The notes under the pieces were generated by a model. It saw only the letters and a program-made list of their open reading frames with translations, did no database searches and was not told the origin of the DNA. Positions 33,420 through 45,081 of a stretch of 64,000 nt of DNA are shown piece after piece. The stretch spans positions 682,001-746,000 of the forward strand of contig CBFFRQ010000069.1 in NCBI GenBank assembly GCA_965644315.1. The letters run 5' to 3'. Position 1 is the first letter of the stretch. The number at the start of each line of letters is the position of its first letter. The position numbers and the translations under genes are program-made. The stretch is from Caecitellus pseudoparvulus. Its lineage: Eukaryota; Protista; Bigyra: Bicosoecida.

Positions 33420-33696
33420 GGTGGACAAACAGCCCGCGCTTCGCCAAAGCGCGGGGCGGCAGCAGGGCGCAAAGAAGGGGTGTATGGGGCAGTCCCTTTC
33501 GCCCGTTGCATGGCTGCGCGCGGCTCGTGTGGTGGGTGTGGTTTGAGCACCTGACCCGACCGCCACGCCACCACGCCGACGGCGCGCTCCATTGGCAGCC
33601 ACAGGTCAAATCTCATGGCCTGCTTGACACCCACAGCAGCCCGCTCACACCGTCCCATGCCTGCGAGTCGTTGCGCACGTTGCACAGCCCGCAGCC

Positions 33697-36600
33697 ATGG
33701 CAGCGGAGGAAGTGCCGGGTGGCGGCGACATCGCCGCCAGCATTGGCTTCATCGTCCCAAGTGCAGTGGTGGATGTGGAGGTCATGTACGAAGGGGCGCT
33801 GCCGCCTCCATACTTCCACCGAGTCACAGACGCCCGCGGAACGGGTGTAAACTTGGCTGCCTCCAGTGGCAGGACTGTCTCCCTGTGGTACGCCCAGCAC
33901 AGTGACAAGGAGACTCTCGGCAAGCCGCCAGTGGTCGCCTTGACGGTGGTGCACGGCGCTGACACTCCTGTGCCGGAAGGCTTCACCCGCCTGTCCAAGG
34001 AGGTCCTGCGCGCGCCAGACGACGCCGACAAGGCTTACCTGGCCGTGAAGCGCCGTGAAAGCGGCGGCACAGAACTGGGCTTGGGAGGCATCGCAGCTAC
34101 GTACGGAGATGACACACCAGGTATGCTGCAGAGCCTTGTGCTACCGCCGCTACCCGCACGGGGTGTCACGCATGCGGCTGGCGCGCCCTGTCACGCGCAG
34201 AGGGCGAAGGCTGGGAAAAAGTGCTGCCTGCGCTGCATGATGCGGGAGATGACCGCCTGCGCTTGTGGACAAAGGAGGCAGAGGAAGGTGAGTGCGAGTG
34301 CGGCGAACGCCTCAACACGCCAACGCGACGCCACCCCGCCGAACGCACTGAGCGCGTTCCTGCCCGCAGTTGCCGACGACGACTGGGATCAAAGCAAGCT
34401 TGCTGTCGGGGATTGGGTTGACGTGTTGGACCACTCCACTTGGCGCTTGGGCCGCGTGGTGGAAGTCGGTGAGGACGGCACGCTGACAGTGCGCATGAAG
34501 GGGTGGGCGGAGCGCTATGATAAGCACGAGGCGCCTGGCTCGGCCAACTTGGCCCGGCCAGGCACCAAGTCCACGAAGGAGGGGCCTCTGCACGTGCGGC
34601 AGGGGGATGCCTTTGACATTGACTGGGAGGCTGTGGACGACATGATCATGAAGGTGGACGACTACATGTCAGGGGAGTTTCCGGAGCACCTCAAGGTACG
34701 CAGCTGCGTGCACAGCCTACCCCGTCGCCGCCTCTCACCCTGCCCCTCTCTCCCCAACTCTGTCTCCAGGACACGTGGCTTGGCATGGAGCTGCCGTACT
34801 TCGTGGAGAAGGCCCTGGTATCCAAGTACGACTCCGATGACATGCACCCCCGTGTGAACGGCTTCAACCAGAAGGTGCTGGAGCTCATCGCCTGGTTCAT
34901 GCGGCAACTGGAGGAAGACGTCCCTGAGGCCATCCTGCAGCAGCTGGGGCGCCTGTACCTCGCCGACGCCCAGTGCAACTTCTTCTTCAATCGCCCCAGC
35001 CACGGCGTGCGGGGGGACTCGGCCGAGGCGTCCAAGTACAACGGCGCCTGTGGCAAGCTGCCTCCTGGTGGCGCCTCCAAGTTTTTCGTGTCAAACTTGA
35101 ACCACTTCCACGAGTGTGGTGGGTACGACGCCATGCTGCAGCGCCTGCAGCGGGAGAAGCCCATCCCCATGGCTGAGCTGAGCGTGTACACGAAGGTTCT
35201 GGAAGTCCCCAAGCGCTGCTACGACCCCGGGTGGGTGGGGACGTTCCTGGGCCCCCTCGTGCGGGCGGCAGCCCACCGCTGCGCACATGGTGATGACGCT
35301 GACTACAACGACTTGGCGGAGACGGGCGTCCCCATCACCATCGACATCGTGCAAACGCTGGTGACGCAGACCGTCAACGTCGCAAGCACCATGGCACAAG
35401 TGGAGGCGCTGGATGAGTTGCCAGGCCAGTTGCTGGAGACGCACCAGGCCAACGTGTACAGCCGAGCCCTGCGGCACCCTCGACTGGCAGTGCGCATCAA
35501 GGCAGCGGACGGCTTGGTGGACTTGGGCACCAATGCCCTGCGTGCCTCGGGCAAGCTCGCCTCGACGTACACTGGGTACTACCGCCCCCCCAAGACGAAG
35601 TTCTTCAAGTCCGACACCTTCGTGCAGTGGGCCCGGGACCACGCCGTCGTGGAGCGCATGCTGGACATGGCGGTGGCGGAGGAGGGCAGTGAGGCTGCCG
35701 TGGCGGCGGGCGTCGCAGGGAAGACCACCCTGCCTGCCCTGTCGCCTGGCCACGTGGCCTTTGCTGCGGACACGGGCATCCACCTGCAAATGATCAAGCG
35801 CGCGGTGCAGTTCGGCCTCGTCATGGCGCGGGAGAAGGCGGACTTGCCGCCCGGCCTGCTGCCCTTGCTCATGCACGCAGCGGAGCGGGAGGGATCCCCC
35901 GCCGCGGAGAGCGAGGTCTTCAGCATCATCTCCTCAGCAGCCAGCATGGTGCCTGTGGACCAGTTGAGCAGCCTCTTCGAGAACATCTCAGCCATCCCCA
36001 TCCCCAAGTGGACAGAGGCCACAGTGACCCTCATGGACACCTTCACCACCGCGGCAGCCGGGGCGCTGTACGAAGCCCAGCACCCCCCCGCGGGCGCAGC
36101 TGTGGCACAAGATGCGAAGGAGCCGGCTACCACCACGCCTGGCGAGACCCCCCTCTTTGCCTTGCCCCTGCTGTGGAGCGCCTTGACCGGGGACGCGCCC
36201 GCCCCCGAGGCTGTCAAGGAAGACGTCAAGACAGTCTTCGTCAAGCTGCTCAAGGAGCCAGTGTTCCGCCCCCAAGTGCAGCACTACGTGCAGGAGTGTG
36301 TCGCGAACATCACCTCTGGGAAGAACCCCGAAGCCTCCTGCCGCCTGGCGTCCTCGCTTCTGGAGGCTCTGCCTCGCATCGCCACGTACCTGGTGCCCGC
36401 AGAGTTCACGCAGGGTGCCGTCATCACGCAGTTGGCCACCACCCAAGAGTTGCTCCCAGCCCTGCTGCGGGAGATGGCAGCGTACAAGGAAGCTGCACAG
36501 AAGGCAGCCGCCGCCGCTGGCGCCCAGCCCGCCTGTGGCCTGCACAAGCAGCTGCAAGCCACCATGTCCTCCGTGTGGGAGGGGCAGGCTGTGCCCAGCG

Positions 36601-39600
36601 CTGAGGGCACTCCCCTCAGCGCTGCTTCCGACGAACTGGTGGTGGGTGACGTGGCACACACAGAGGCTGTGGAGGCCCGGCTGGAGTTCCTGGGCAAGCT
36701 CGTGGGCGCCTCCACTCTGCAGCTGAGCGTGGAGCAGCTGCAGGAGCTGTTCAAGCTCTTCGTCTCTGGCTGCGTCACGCGCAAGGAGCAAGAGACCTTC
36801 TTGAAGTGGCTCAGGCTGGTGCAGTTCGGCGAGGTGGGCGTGCCACCTCACGCTGAGGGTGCCGCTGCCTTTGCCCATGACACCACCGCTGCAGTGTTCC
36901 AGCAGCTGTTCTGCTCTCCAGAGCATCTCCCGGTTGTTGGCCTGCAGTCTGAGGGCCTCGCCGCCTTCCAGGCGTTTTTCCTGTGCGTTGCCAGGCGGCA
37001 GCGTCTGCGCGCCAGCCCCTGCTCGCTTGGACCGCCGCGCTCTCCCCCCCCCCTTGCAGGTACTTGAATGGCCGCGCTGGCAAGGTAACTTCATTCTCAG
37101 ACGCCAAGCGATTCAAGGTTGTGGACGTTGAGCTGGACGGCTTGTCTACGCTGTGGCGCATCGTGGCACAGGTGCGATTCCAGGCTGCGACTCTGGTTCG
37201 CGGTGCCCGCCGTCACGCCGTTCCGCGCCACTGCCCACGCAGACACGCTCGGCGGCTGTGCGCAATGCCGCCATGTCGCTGCTTATCTCCCTGCATGTGC
37301 GCTTGGACCCCTCCAGTGGCTTGGTGGTGGGCCGAGTCGTGCAGGATTTCGCACACAGCATTCTGGATCGCCTGCACCTCATTCACTCGTAAGTGCCCTT
37401 GTTTCAAGTACCCTGAATATCTCCGCAGTCGTTTGCAGGAGTGAGCCCAGCTGGTGCTGGGGGTGGGCTTCAAACCCATCGGCGATGAGAGTCGCAGGAG
37501 TTCGATCCTCCCTCACCTGCGCCACTTTTTTTCCGTGCACAGGTCCCAGGACCCCTCCACACCTCAAGCTGCTGCATTCAGCTGCGCGACAGCCCTGCTC
37601 CGCATGCTGCGAGTGCTGCTGGTCACTGCCGCCAAGGCGACAAGGACCGATTTCGCAGATGTGGGGGATGAGGTGCCCGCCACCGGACCCATCACTCTCG
37701 TCGTGAACGTCGGCTCCCTCGTGGAGACACACGAGCCCTCCACACAGATCCTGACGCTGCCTCAAGACGCCACCTTCTATCAACTGCGCGAAACCATCGC
37801 GGCCAAGGTGCGGTACGACCCCGCCAAGGTGCGCCTCTCGATCAACGAGCAGGAGATCGATGCAGCCATGCAGGAGCTGGGACTTGTGACCAGTGAAATG
37901 GGCTGGCGAGACGTGGATGCGACGCTCCTGCCCAACCCATCGGGTGACACTTGCGACCACCCTTCAACCGACCACCCCGAGGATTTCTCCGTGGAGCAGC
38001 CCGTTCACGAGGGCGGGGATGCTGCTGAGCCCTCCACGGCTGCAGCCACTGCCCAGCTGGCGGAGCACATCGCCCAGGATCCCAAGCTCTTCCAGCAGAT
38101 CCTGGAAACTGGCTCCTGGGCCATGGCGGCGCGGGCGGCCCATGCCTCGCCCTTCCTGGTGCGCCTGGGCTCTTCCCTGGAGCAGGAGACGTGGCTGCTG
38201 CTGCGGCAGCTGCCCACGAACAAGCAGGTCGCAGCGGCGGTGGACAGCCTGGAAGAGGGCGGTGAGGGCATGTCCTGGCGCGAGCTGTGCGGCGACGCGG
38301 GGCACCTGCTGCGCATGCTGTACACCATGGACCTCATGCAGGCGGCAGGCTGCGAGCAGGTGAAGGCTGCCGAGGCCACTGGGGAGGAGGCCAAGGCGGA
38401 GGAGGGTGACGGTGAGGCAGACCCGGAAGCTGAGGCTGAAGCCGAGGCCTCCAAGCCCAAGCCTTCCTCTGACTTCGTGGATGCGTCGGGTGTCAACGTT
38501 GACGAGGCGGACGAGCCTGAGGAGGAGGAGGAGGAGGAGGCTGACGTGGACCCCTGGACACTGCTCACGCCAGCTGCCGCGGCATGGAGCGCCCGCTTGC
38601 TGAACGCGGGTGCACTCACTGTCCTTGTGCGCCTGCTGGGCTCAGAGTTGGACGTCGAGGGCGTGCTGGTGCGTGGCTCGACCCTTGCCAAGATGGCCGT
38701 GGCACGGCTGCTCGCCATGACGCAGCACACGGCCCGCCTCGCGGCCGTGCCACACGAGGGTGTCACGTGTGACTCAGTGCCGCCTGCTGACGTCGCGGCC
38801 GTCGCTGAGCGCATCATGCGCATCATGCAGCTGACTGCGGAGGCTGGCTCCCGCCGCGCGGAGGAGGCGGCGGCGGCTGACGATGAGGAGGATGAGGACA
38901 AGGCTGGTGCTGCGGAGAGCAAGGGTGCCGACAACGGCGGCGGCAGCGGCGGCTACTACGACGACGACGACGACTGGGGCGGGGATGGCATGGACTACCT
39001 CTTCTCCAACGACCAGCGGGGGGGGTACAACGACGGCCTGGGCTTGGACGACGTTGCTTCCTTCATGGCCACGGGGCGCATGGGCCCTTCCACCGCCCCG
39101 AACCTCTCGCGGCAGGCCTCTGATTCGTCCGTCTTGTCCCCTGACAACATTGCCAAGGCCATGCGTGGCGGGCTGGGCGTGACGGAGGCAGCAGTGGAGG
39201 CCAACATCATCGAGGCTTCCGTGGGGGTGGTGGCACACCTGGTGCGCACTGGCGGCGATGCCAGCCGCTCAGTGCTGCAAGCCCTGTACAGCTTCGACGG
39301 CGTGGGCGATGTGTTCCTGCAGGGCGTGCTGTCTGCGACGGAGGAAGCCGTGCGCAAGGAAGTCATGTCAGGCATCTTGCAGCTGTGCTCAGCAGGGTCC
39401 GTGGACAGCGTGGGTGGGTCTGTGAAGCCGCCCGGCGACTTCTTCGTGCCCCTGCTCGTGGATCGCCTGGTGTTGGTGTACTCCCACCCTGACACTTGCC
39501 AGCAGTTCTTCGACCTGCTGGCAGCGCTCATCCAGGAGGCCGCCAAGGGTGCAGTGGGCAAACGGGTGGCCTTGCCCATCGACGCGCCGGCCCTCGCCGC

Positions 39601-42600
39601 CTCCCTCTCCCAGCTCATCCGCCTGCACCCCGTCGTGGAGTTGACAGCGGAGGACAAGGACCCTGTCCTGCAGGGACTGCTGACCCTCACGGCCGCCCTG
39701 GCGGTGGCGTACCCCAGCATGAAGGAGACGCTGGCGCTGGAACAGACAGCAGACGGCAAGAAGGGCCACGGGCTGTTGGAAGAGGTGTTCACAGAGTGCC
39801 TGTTCCGGGTGCCTTCCCCGGAAGACTCCACCTCTGCCGCGGGAGGCGGCATCCCCCCCAAGTGCAAGCACGTGTCCACACGTGCCGCAGCCTTCTCCCT
39901 GCTGCTCACGCTGGCGGAGGGCAGCAACACCCTCACCACCATCCTCGCGAACAAGGTCCTGCAGCAGCGAACCACTGGGGACTCCAGCGGCACGGCCATG
40001 TCCTCATACCAGAGCAGGTACACCAGCCTGCCCCGCTCTTCAGCCGGGTACGCTGGCATCGTCAACCCCGGCTGCACCTGCTACATGAATTCGTCCCTGC
40101 AGCAGTTCTTCATGACGCGTGAGTTCCGCAAGGGTGTGCTGGCCTTCAAGGACACCGAGGAGGACCGCAAGGAGAGCATGATGTACCAGCTGCAGCTGCT
40201 GTTCGCGCACCTGCAAGAGACGCAGCGCATGGCTGTGGACATCAAGCCATGGTGCCACGCGTTCAAGGACTGGGATGGGCAGCCGACGTCCCTCTCTGAG
40301 CAAAAGGACGCGTCTGAGTTCCTCACGCAGCTGTTCCAGAACATGGAGGTGCGCATGCAGGGGTCGCCTCAGGAGAACATGCTGAAGGAGGTGTTTGGCG
40401 GCACGTCGGTGCAGGAGCTGGTGGCGAAGAGCCCTGATGGCCAGCTCATGTACTCCCGCCGCTCCTCCCCGCACATGATGTTGGAGGTGCCGGTGCAGGG
40501 GCACAAGTCCCTTGCCGAGGGCCTGGCTGCCTCCATTTCCGGGGAGACGGTGGACTACTCGTGGGAGACGGGCGTCGTGGGGGAGGACGGCAAGGAGGAG
40601 AAGCTGCGCCTGGAAACCATGAAGCGCACCAGCATCGAGACGGCGCCGGAGCACCTCATCGTGCACCTGAAGCGCTTCGAGTTCGACTTCCAGACGCTGC
40701 AGCAGAAGAAGCTGGATGACTACTACCAGTTCCCCCGCGAGCTGAACCTGTGGGACTACACCCTCTACGGCCGTGCTGACCGGGACCAGCCTGTGCAAGA
40801 TGCCGGCGGTGCCGTGGCAGGCACGGCTGCTGCCGAGGAGGCTGACGCCGCTGCCACTGTGGACTTCAGTGCACCAGAGGGCGTCTCCGCAGACGACTTC
40901 CAGTACACGCTGGTGGGCGTCGTCGTGCACACCGGCACGGCCCACGGCGGGCACTACTACAGCTACATTCGCGAGCGGTCTCTGTCTGGGCCCACCTCCC
41001 GCTGGCTGCTCTTCAACGACAGCTCGGTGTCTGAGTGGGACGACTCAGACCTGGAGGCGCAGACGTTTGGCGGCGAGTACGAAGCTCCGCGGTCTCGCTA
41101 CGTCGGCTTTGGCAACACGAACTATGGCGGCACGGCGTACGGCGGCGCTGGCTACGGCAGCGGCACGTACAAGGTGTCCCGCTGCGCCAACGGCTTCCTG
41201 CTCTTCTACGACAAGGTGCCGAAGCAGGCGGGCAGCCAGCCTGCGCAGTCCGCTGCGGAGGGTGCCGGCACTGTGGCACGCCCAGCCGCCAGCCAGGGAG
41301 GCGGCGCCAGCACTGACAAGGACGCCATCGTGGCTGCTGCCTCGGCATTTGCTGAGAAGATGCGCAGCCGATACAAGGGTGCCAGCGTCGCGCTGGAGAC
41401 GCGCGTGCCGGTGCCTGGCGACATGTACCGTGAGATCTGGCAGGACAACCTGACCTTCTGGCGTCGCACGCTCATGTCAGACAAGTCGTACATGGACTTC
41501 CTGGCCACGTTTGTGGACAAGATGGCGTCCCAGGCGAAGCTCAGCCAGCGCTCCGACGCGGCGCCATCGGTGTACCCCGCCAGTGGCTTTGTGGACGACG
41601 AGGATGCTGAGGCGCAGGCAGGCGGCAACTTGCCTGTGCTGCGACTGCTGACGACGTTCGTGCTCAAGACGGTGGCGGGCGGCACCCACAAGTCGGAGCT
41701 GCCCAAGTGGATCGCCCGCATCCAGCGCCTCCTGGGCAACGACCTCACCGCCAACGCGTGGATGCTACAGTACCTGCTGCGAGGTGCGGCGTCCGCTGGT
41801 GCACAGGACAGCGCTGGGGAGAGCAAGGAAGTGGACGCGGAGGCAGGGCGCGTGGACATCGGCGGCGTGGCAAGTGCGCTGAAGGCCCTGCTGCTGGACT
41901 CCCGCGACGAGCCCATGCAGGACGCCGTGGCAGACCTGCTGGTGTTCATCCTGCGCAAGCTGGCACCCCACGAGGAGCTGCCGGCGCCCGCGGATGCCCC
42001 TGCCGCCCGGGCTGCCGCATGGGCCAAGGCCCAGGCCCGCGCAGAGGAACTGGGGCGGCCCTTGGACAAGCAGGCCTTCCCCGCTCCCCCTGGGCTCCTG
42101 GTGTCCACGACGCTGGACGCGTTTGTGTGGCTCATGCCAGACCTGTACAAGTCTTGGTACAGCTTCAAGCCGTTCACGCGCATGATGGTGAACTTGGTGG
42201 AGGAGAAGCACGACGCTACGCGTCACGCATTTGCCACGCACTTGCTGCAGCGCAAGATGCTGGGCATGATCGTGGACCTCATCGAAGCCGACTCCAGCGC
42301 TGTCAAGTGCCTGCACGACGCCGCCAAGTGCCGTGCCTTCCTCATCAACGGCATTGATGCCGTGTCGGAGGCCTTTGCGCAGGAGCAGGACTCTCCTGCA
42401 CCCGCACCCGTGCCCGCGCACTCGTACGGCTGGACCGCCAACTCGGGCGTGGGGGGCACTCCATCCCGCCGCATGGGCAACGCGTACTCCGGCCCGTACC
42501 TGCACTTCGTGTACCGCACCTTCAACGGCCTCATCCGCCACGCCCTGCCAATCTCTGGCGTGGGCGGCAGCCCCAGCCAGCAGGGTGTGGAGGTGCCCCT

Positions 42601-43651
42601 GTCACCCCCTGAAATCGCCCTGCTGGGCAGCAAGCACCTGGTCCAGAATACCCTGGCGCACCAGATGAGCACCCGGCAGTGCGCCAACTGGCTGCAGCAC
42701 ACGTTCGTGCAGCTGGCGTGGAACAACGAGGAGGTCAGCCGGCTGTTCTCGGAGAAGTGCGTGGAGATGCTGTCCCGCCGAGGGTACAAGGAGATGGATG
42801 CTGTGCAGCGCCTGGCAGGCGTCCTGCTTGGCATCCAGGATGAGCACACCCCTGAGCGCCTGGAGTACTTCATGTGCCGATGGTGGGACACGATCAAGGG
42901 CAGCAGCAAGTACTACTACGAGACGCTGCACTGCCTGGAGCTGTCCATGCGCCACGCCAAGCACCGCCCCGCTGTGCGCAAGTGGATGGTGGCTAACCCG
43001 ACGTACTGGGCTTGGGCCGTGGACTGGCTCGCCACCAACGTGACGCAGCCAGTGTACACCATGGCCTCCATGGGGTCCAGGCTGTCCCTCTGCCGCGTCG
43101 CCACGCACCTGACTCGCCCTGCTCAGCAGATGCAGCGGCACCCCAACCTCCTTGCCAACTACCGAGTCCTGGCCCGGGCTGCCGAGGAGGCTGCTCCGGA
43201 GGGGGATGGTGTGCTGTCCGCCGCCGCAGCACCGCTGGTGGAGCTGTACCCCAGTGGCTGGGACAGCGAGGACGACGAGGAGGAGTTGGTGGGCAAGCGT
43301 GTCAAGGTGCAGCGCCCATACAACCGGTGGGAGACGGGCACTGTTGTGGGCGTGGATGGCACCACCCACAAGGTCAAGTGGGACGCAGGCTTCGAGGAGG
43401 AGATGAAGCTGTCCCGGCAGTTCTTCCTCATTGAAGGAGAGGGCTTGGCTCCAGCCGAGCTGCGCGGCATCCCCGACACTCCCGAGGAGGTGGAGGAAGT
43501 GGAGGGCGGGGACGGCGGGGACGAGGATGACGACTCAGACGAGGACGCCGTGGGCGCGGGGCAAACAGGGGGCAACAGCTGGGTGGACCCCCTTACGCGA
43601 ATGCCTGGTACCACCGGCACCCACGGACACGGGCAGCAGTGGCATGTGTAA
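33697..43651 (+). CDS. Giant USP9/24/34-like deubiquitinase with N-terminal MABP and Tudor-like domains
   Basis: About 7 introns (34121-34200, 34288-34369, 34696-34769, ~36983-37059, ~37172-37242, 37389-37438, 37463-37542). Cys box YAGIVNPGCTCYMNS, QKDASEF, HLKRFEFD, His box VVHTGTAHGGHYYSYI..WLLFNDS; PPKCK..TRAAAF.LL is typical of the USP9/24/34 clade. Confidence 0.92.
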
Positions 43652-43679
43652 GGGGCGCCACCTGCCCCACACACGAAAG

Positions 43680-43689
43680 CAATGCATTG
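43680..43689. terminator. Candidate bidirectional 3'-end element CAATGCATTG
   Basis: Perfect palindrome in the 78-nt gap between the convergent USP and CdsA stop codons. Confidence 0.6.
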
Positions 43690-43729
43690 TGCAAGTGACA
43701 GCTGCGTGGGGTGGAGGGGGGCGTGTCTC

Positions 43730-44686
43730 TCACAGCGCGGGTGGACCCACCACGCCGGCCTTCACCATGTGGAACACCAGGGGGGTGACAAACAGGGCAG
43801 AGTCCATGCGGTCCAACAGCCCGCCTTGGCCAGGCAGCACTCCACCCGAGTCCTTCACGACTGCGGCACGCTTGATGGCGGACTCCAGCAGGTCCCCCAG
43901 AACAGCCCCTACTCCAGCTATGATGCCCAGCGTCACCCAGCTCGCTGTTGTGAGCGGGGGCAGGGCATTGTCTGGGAGCCAACCGTATCCCTGGGCCGCC
44001 ACTGCCCCGGCCAGGGTGAGGCCGGCACCCAGCAACGACCCCGCAAAGCCAGCGATGGTCTTGCCAGGGGAGATGGAAGGCAGGAGTTTGGGGCCCCCCA
44101 GCGCTGACCCCACCACCAGCGCGCCGGTGTCAGCGTTCCAGATGGCGCCGCCCACTGCTAACTGCAGTGCCTTGCCGTGGGGCAGGGAGGCCAGGCGGAT
44201 AGCGTAGGAGAGGGGGGACGCCAGCAGCAGTGGCGTGCAGAGGAGCAGGAGGAGGCCGACGAGTGCCGGCGTGTCCATGCGCCAGGCGGTGTCTTTCCGG
44301 CCCTCCGCCTGGGGCACCTTGCTGTGCGCATGAGCCATGCACGCCATGAACGTGGCCACAGTGAGCACCACCGCCGCCAAGCAGCCAGCTTCAGCCCAAG
44401 TGGAGGTAGGGTCCCACACAGGCAAGGCCAAGATGGCACTAGAGCAGATGAGGGCGACCCATTGGGCAAGGCGCGGCAGGCGAGCCGTCACTGCTGGGCT
44501 GGTCGGTCCATCGGCGCTTGCCGCCTGGCACACCGCGGCAGGAGTGACCGTGAACACCATCTCCCAGCAGGCCCCTGAGCTCACAGCCCACACGAGCAAG
44601 CCACCCAATACATCGTCTAGCAGGCAGTACACGGCCAGCGGGATGAACACCGACACTGTCAGCAGCCGGCGCCCCCACTGCACCAT
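43730..44686 (-). CDS. cdsA: Phosphatidate cytidylyltransferase, bacterial CdsA-type
   Basis: Multi-TM; DTGA..VG..LG..KLLPSISPGKT.AG; GDLLESAIKRAAVVKDSGGVLPGQGGLLDRMDS. Confidence 0.88.
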   Translation of the reverse strand: MVQWGRRLLTVSVFIPLAVYCLLDDVLGGLLVWAVSSGACWEMVFTVTPAAVCQAASADGPTSPAVTARLPRLAQWVALICSSAILALPVWDPTSTWAEAGCLAAVVLTVATFMACMAHAHSKVPQAEGRKDTAWRMDTPALVGLLLLLCTPLLLASPLSYAIRLASLPHGKALQLAVGGAIWNADTGALVVGSALGGPKLLPSISPGKTIAGFAGSLLGAGLTLAGAVAAQGYGWLPDNALPPLTTASWVTLGIIAGVGAVLGDLLESAIKRAAVVKDSGGVLPGQGGLLDRMDSALFVTPLVFHMVKAGVVGPPAL

Positions 44687-45081
44687 GGTGGCCTGCGGAA
44701 ATCGCTTCGTGCACGCAGCGATGCAGGCCCTCGCTGGATCGGGGACAGAGTGCTGCGCAAGAGAAGTTGTTTACAGATGGAGCTCTCCGCGTGGACAAGC
44801 GCAGCAGGACCGGCGCCCGGGTGGCAATGTGGCAGGCAGCTGCATATGCCTGGGTGCAAGGCTCAAACTCGCTGCACCCCCCTCAGCACGCTCACTTCCT
44901 GACATCAGAGTGCCACCCAATGCGAGGCCCCTGGCAAAGTCTGAGTGGTACGTTTCGCCCAGCTGCCCTGTCTGTGACAACTGCTGCCTCCCCCCCGCAG
45001 CGCCCGGAGAGACTCTGTGTGCCGTCAGGCTCCGGCTGCCCTGCGGCCTGGAGACGTTTTTGCATCGACCCGACCTGCACC

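Noticed and set aside
37442-37444. In-frame TGA just upstream of the 2065-aa USP ORF as Sec/readthrough or a variant genetic code
   Set aside because: Explained by canonical introns around a 24-nt exon; TGA is the usual terminator throughout the window.
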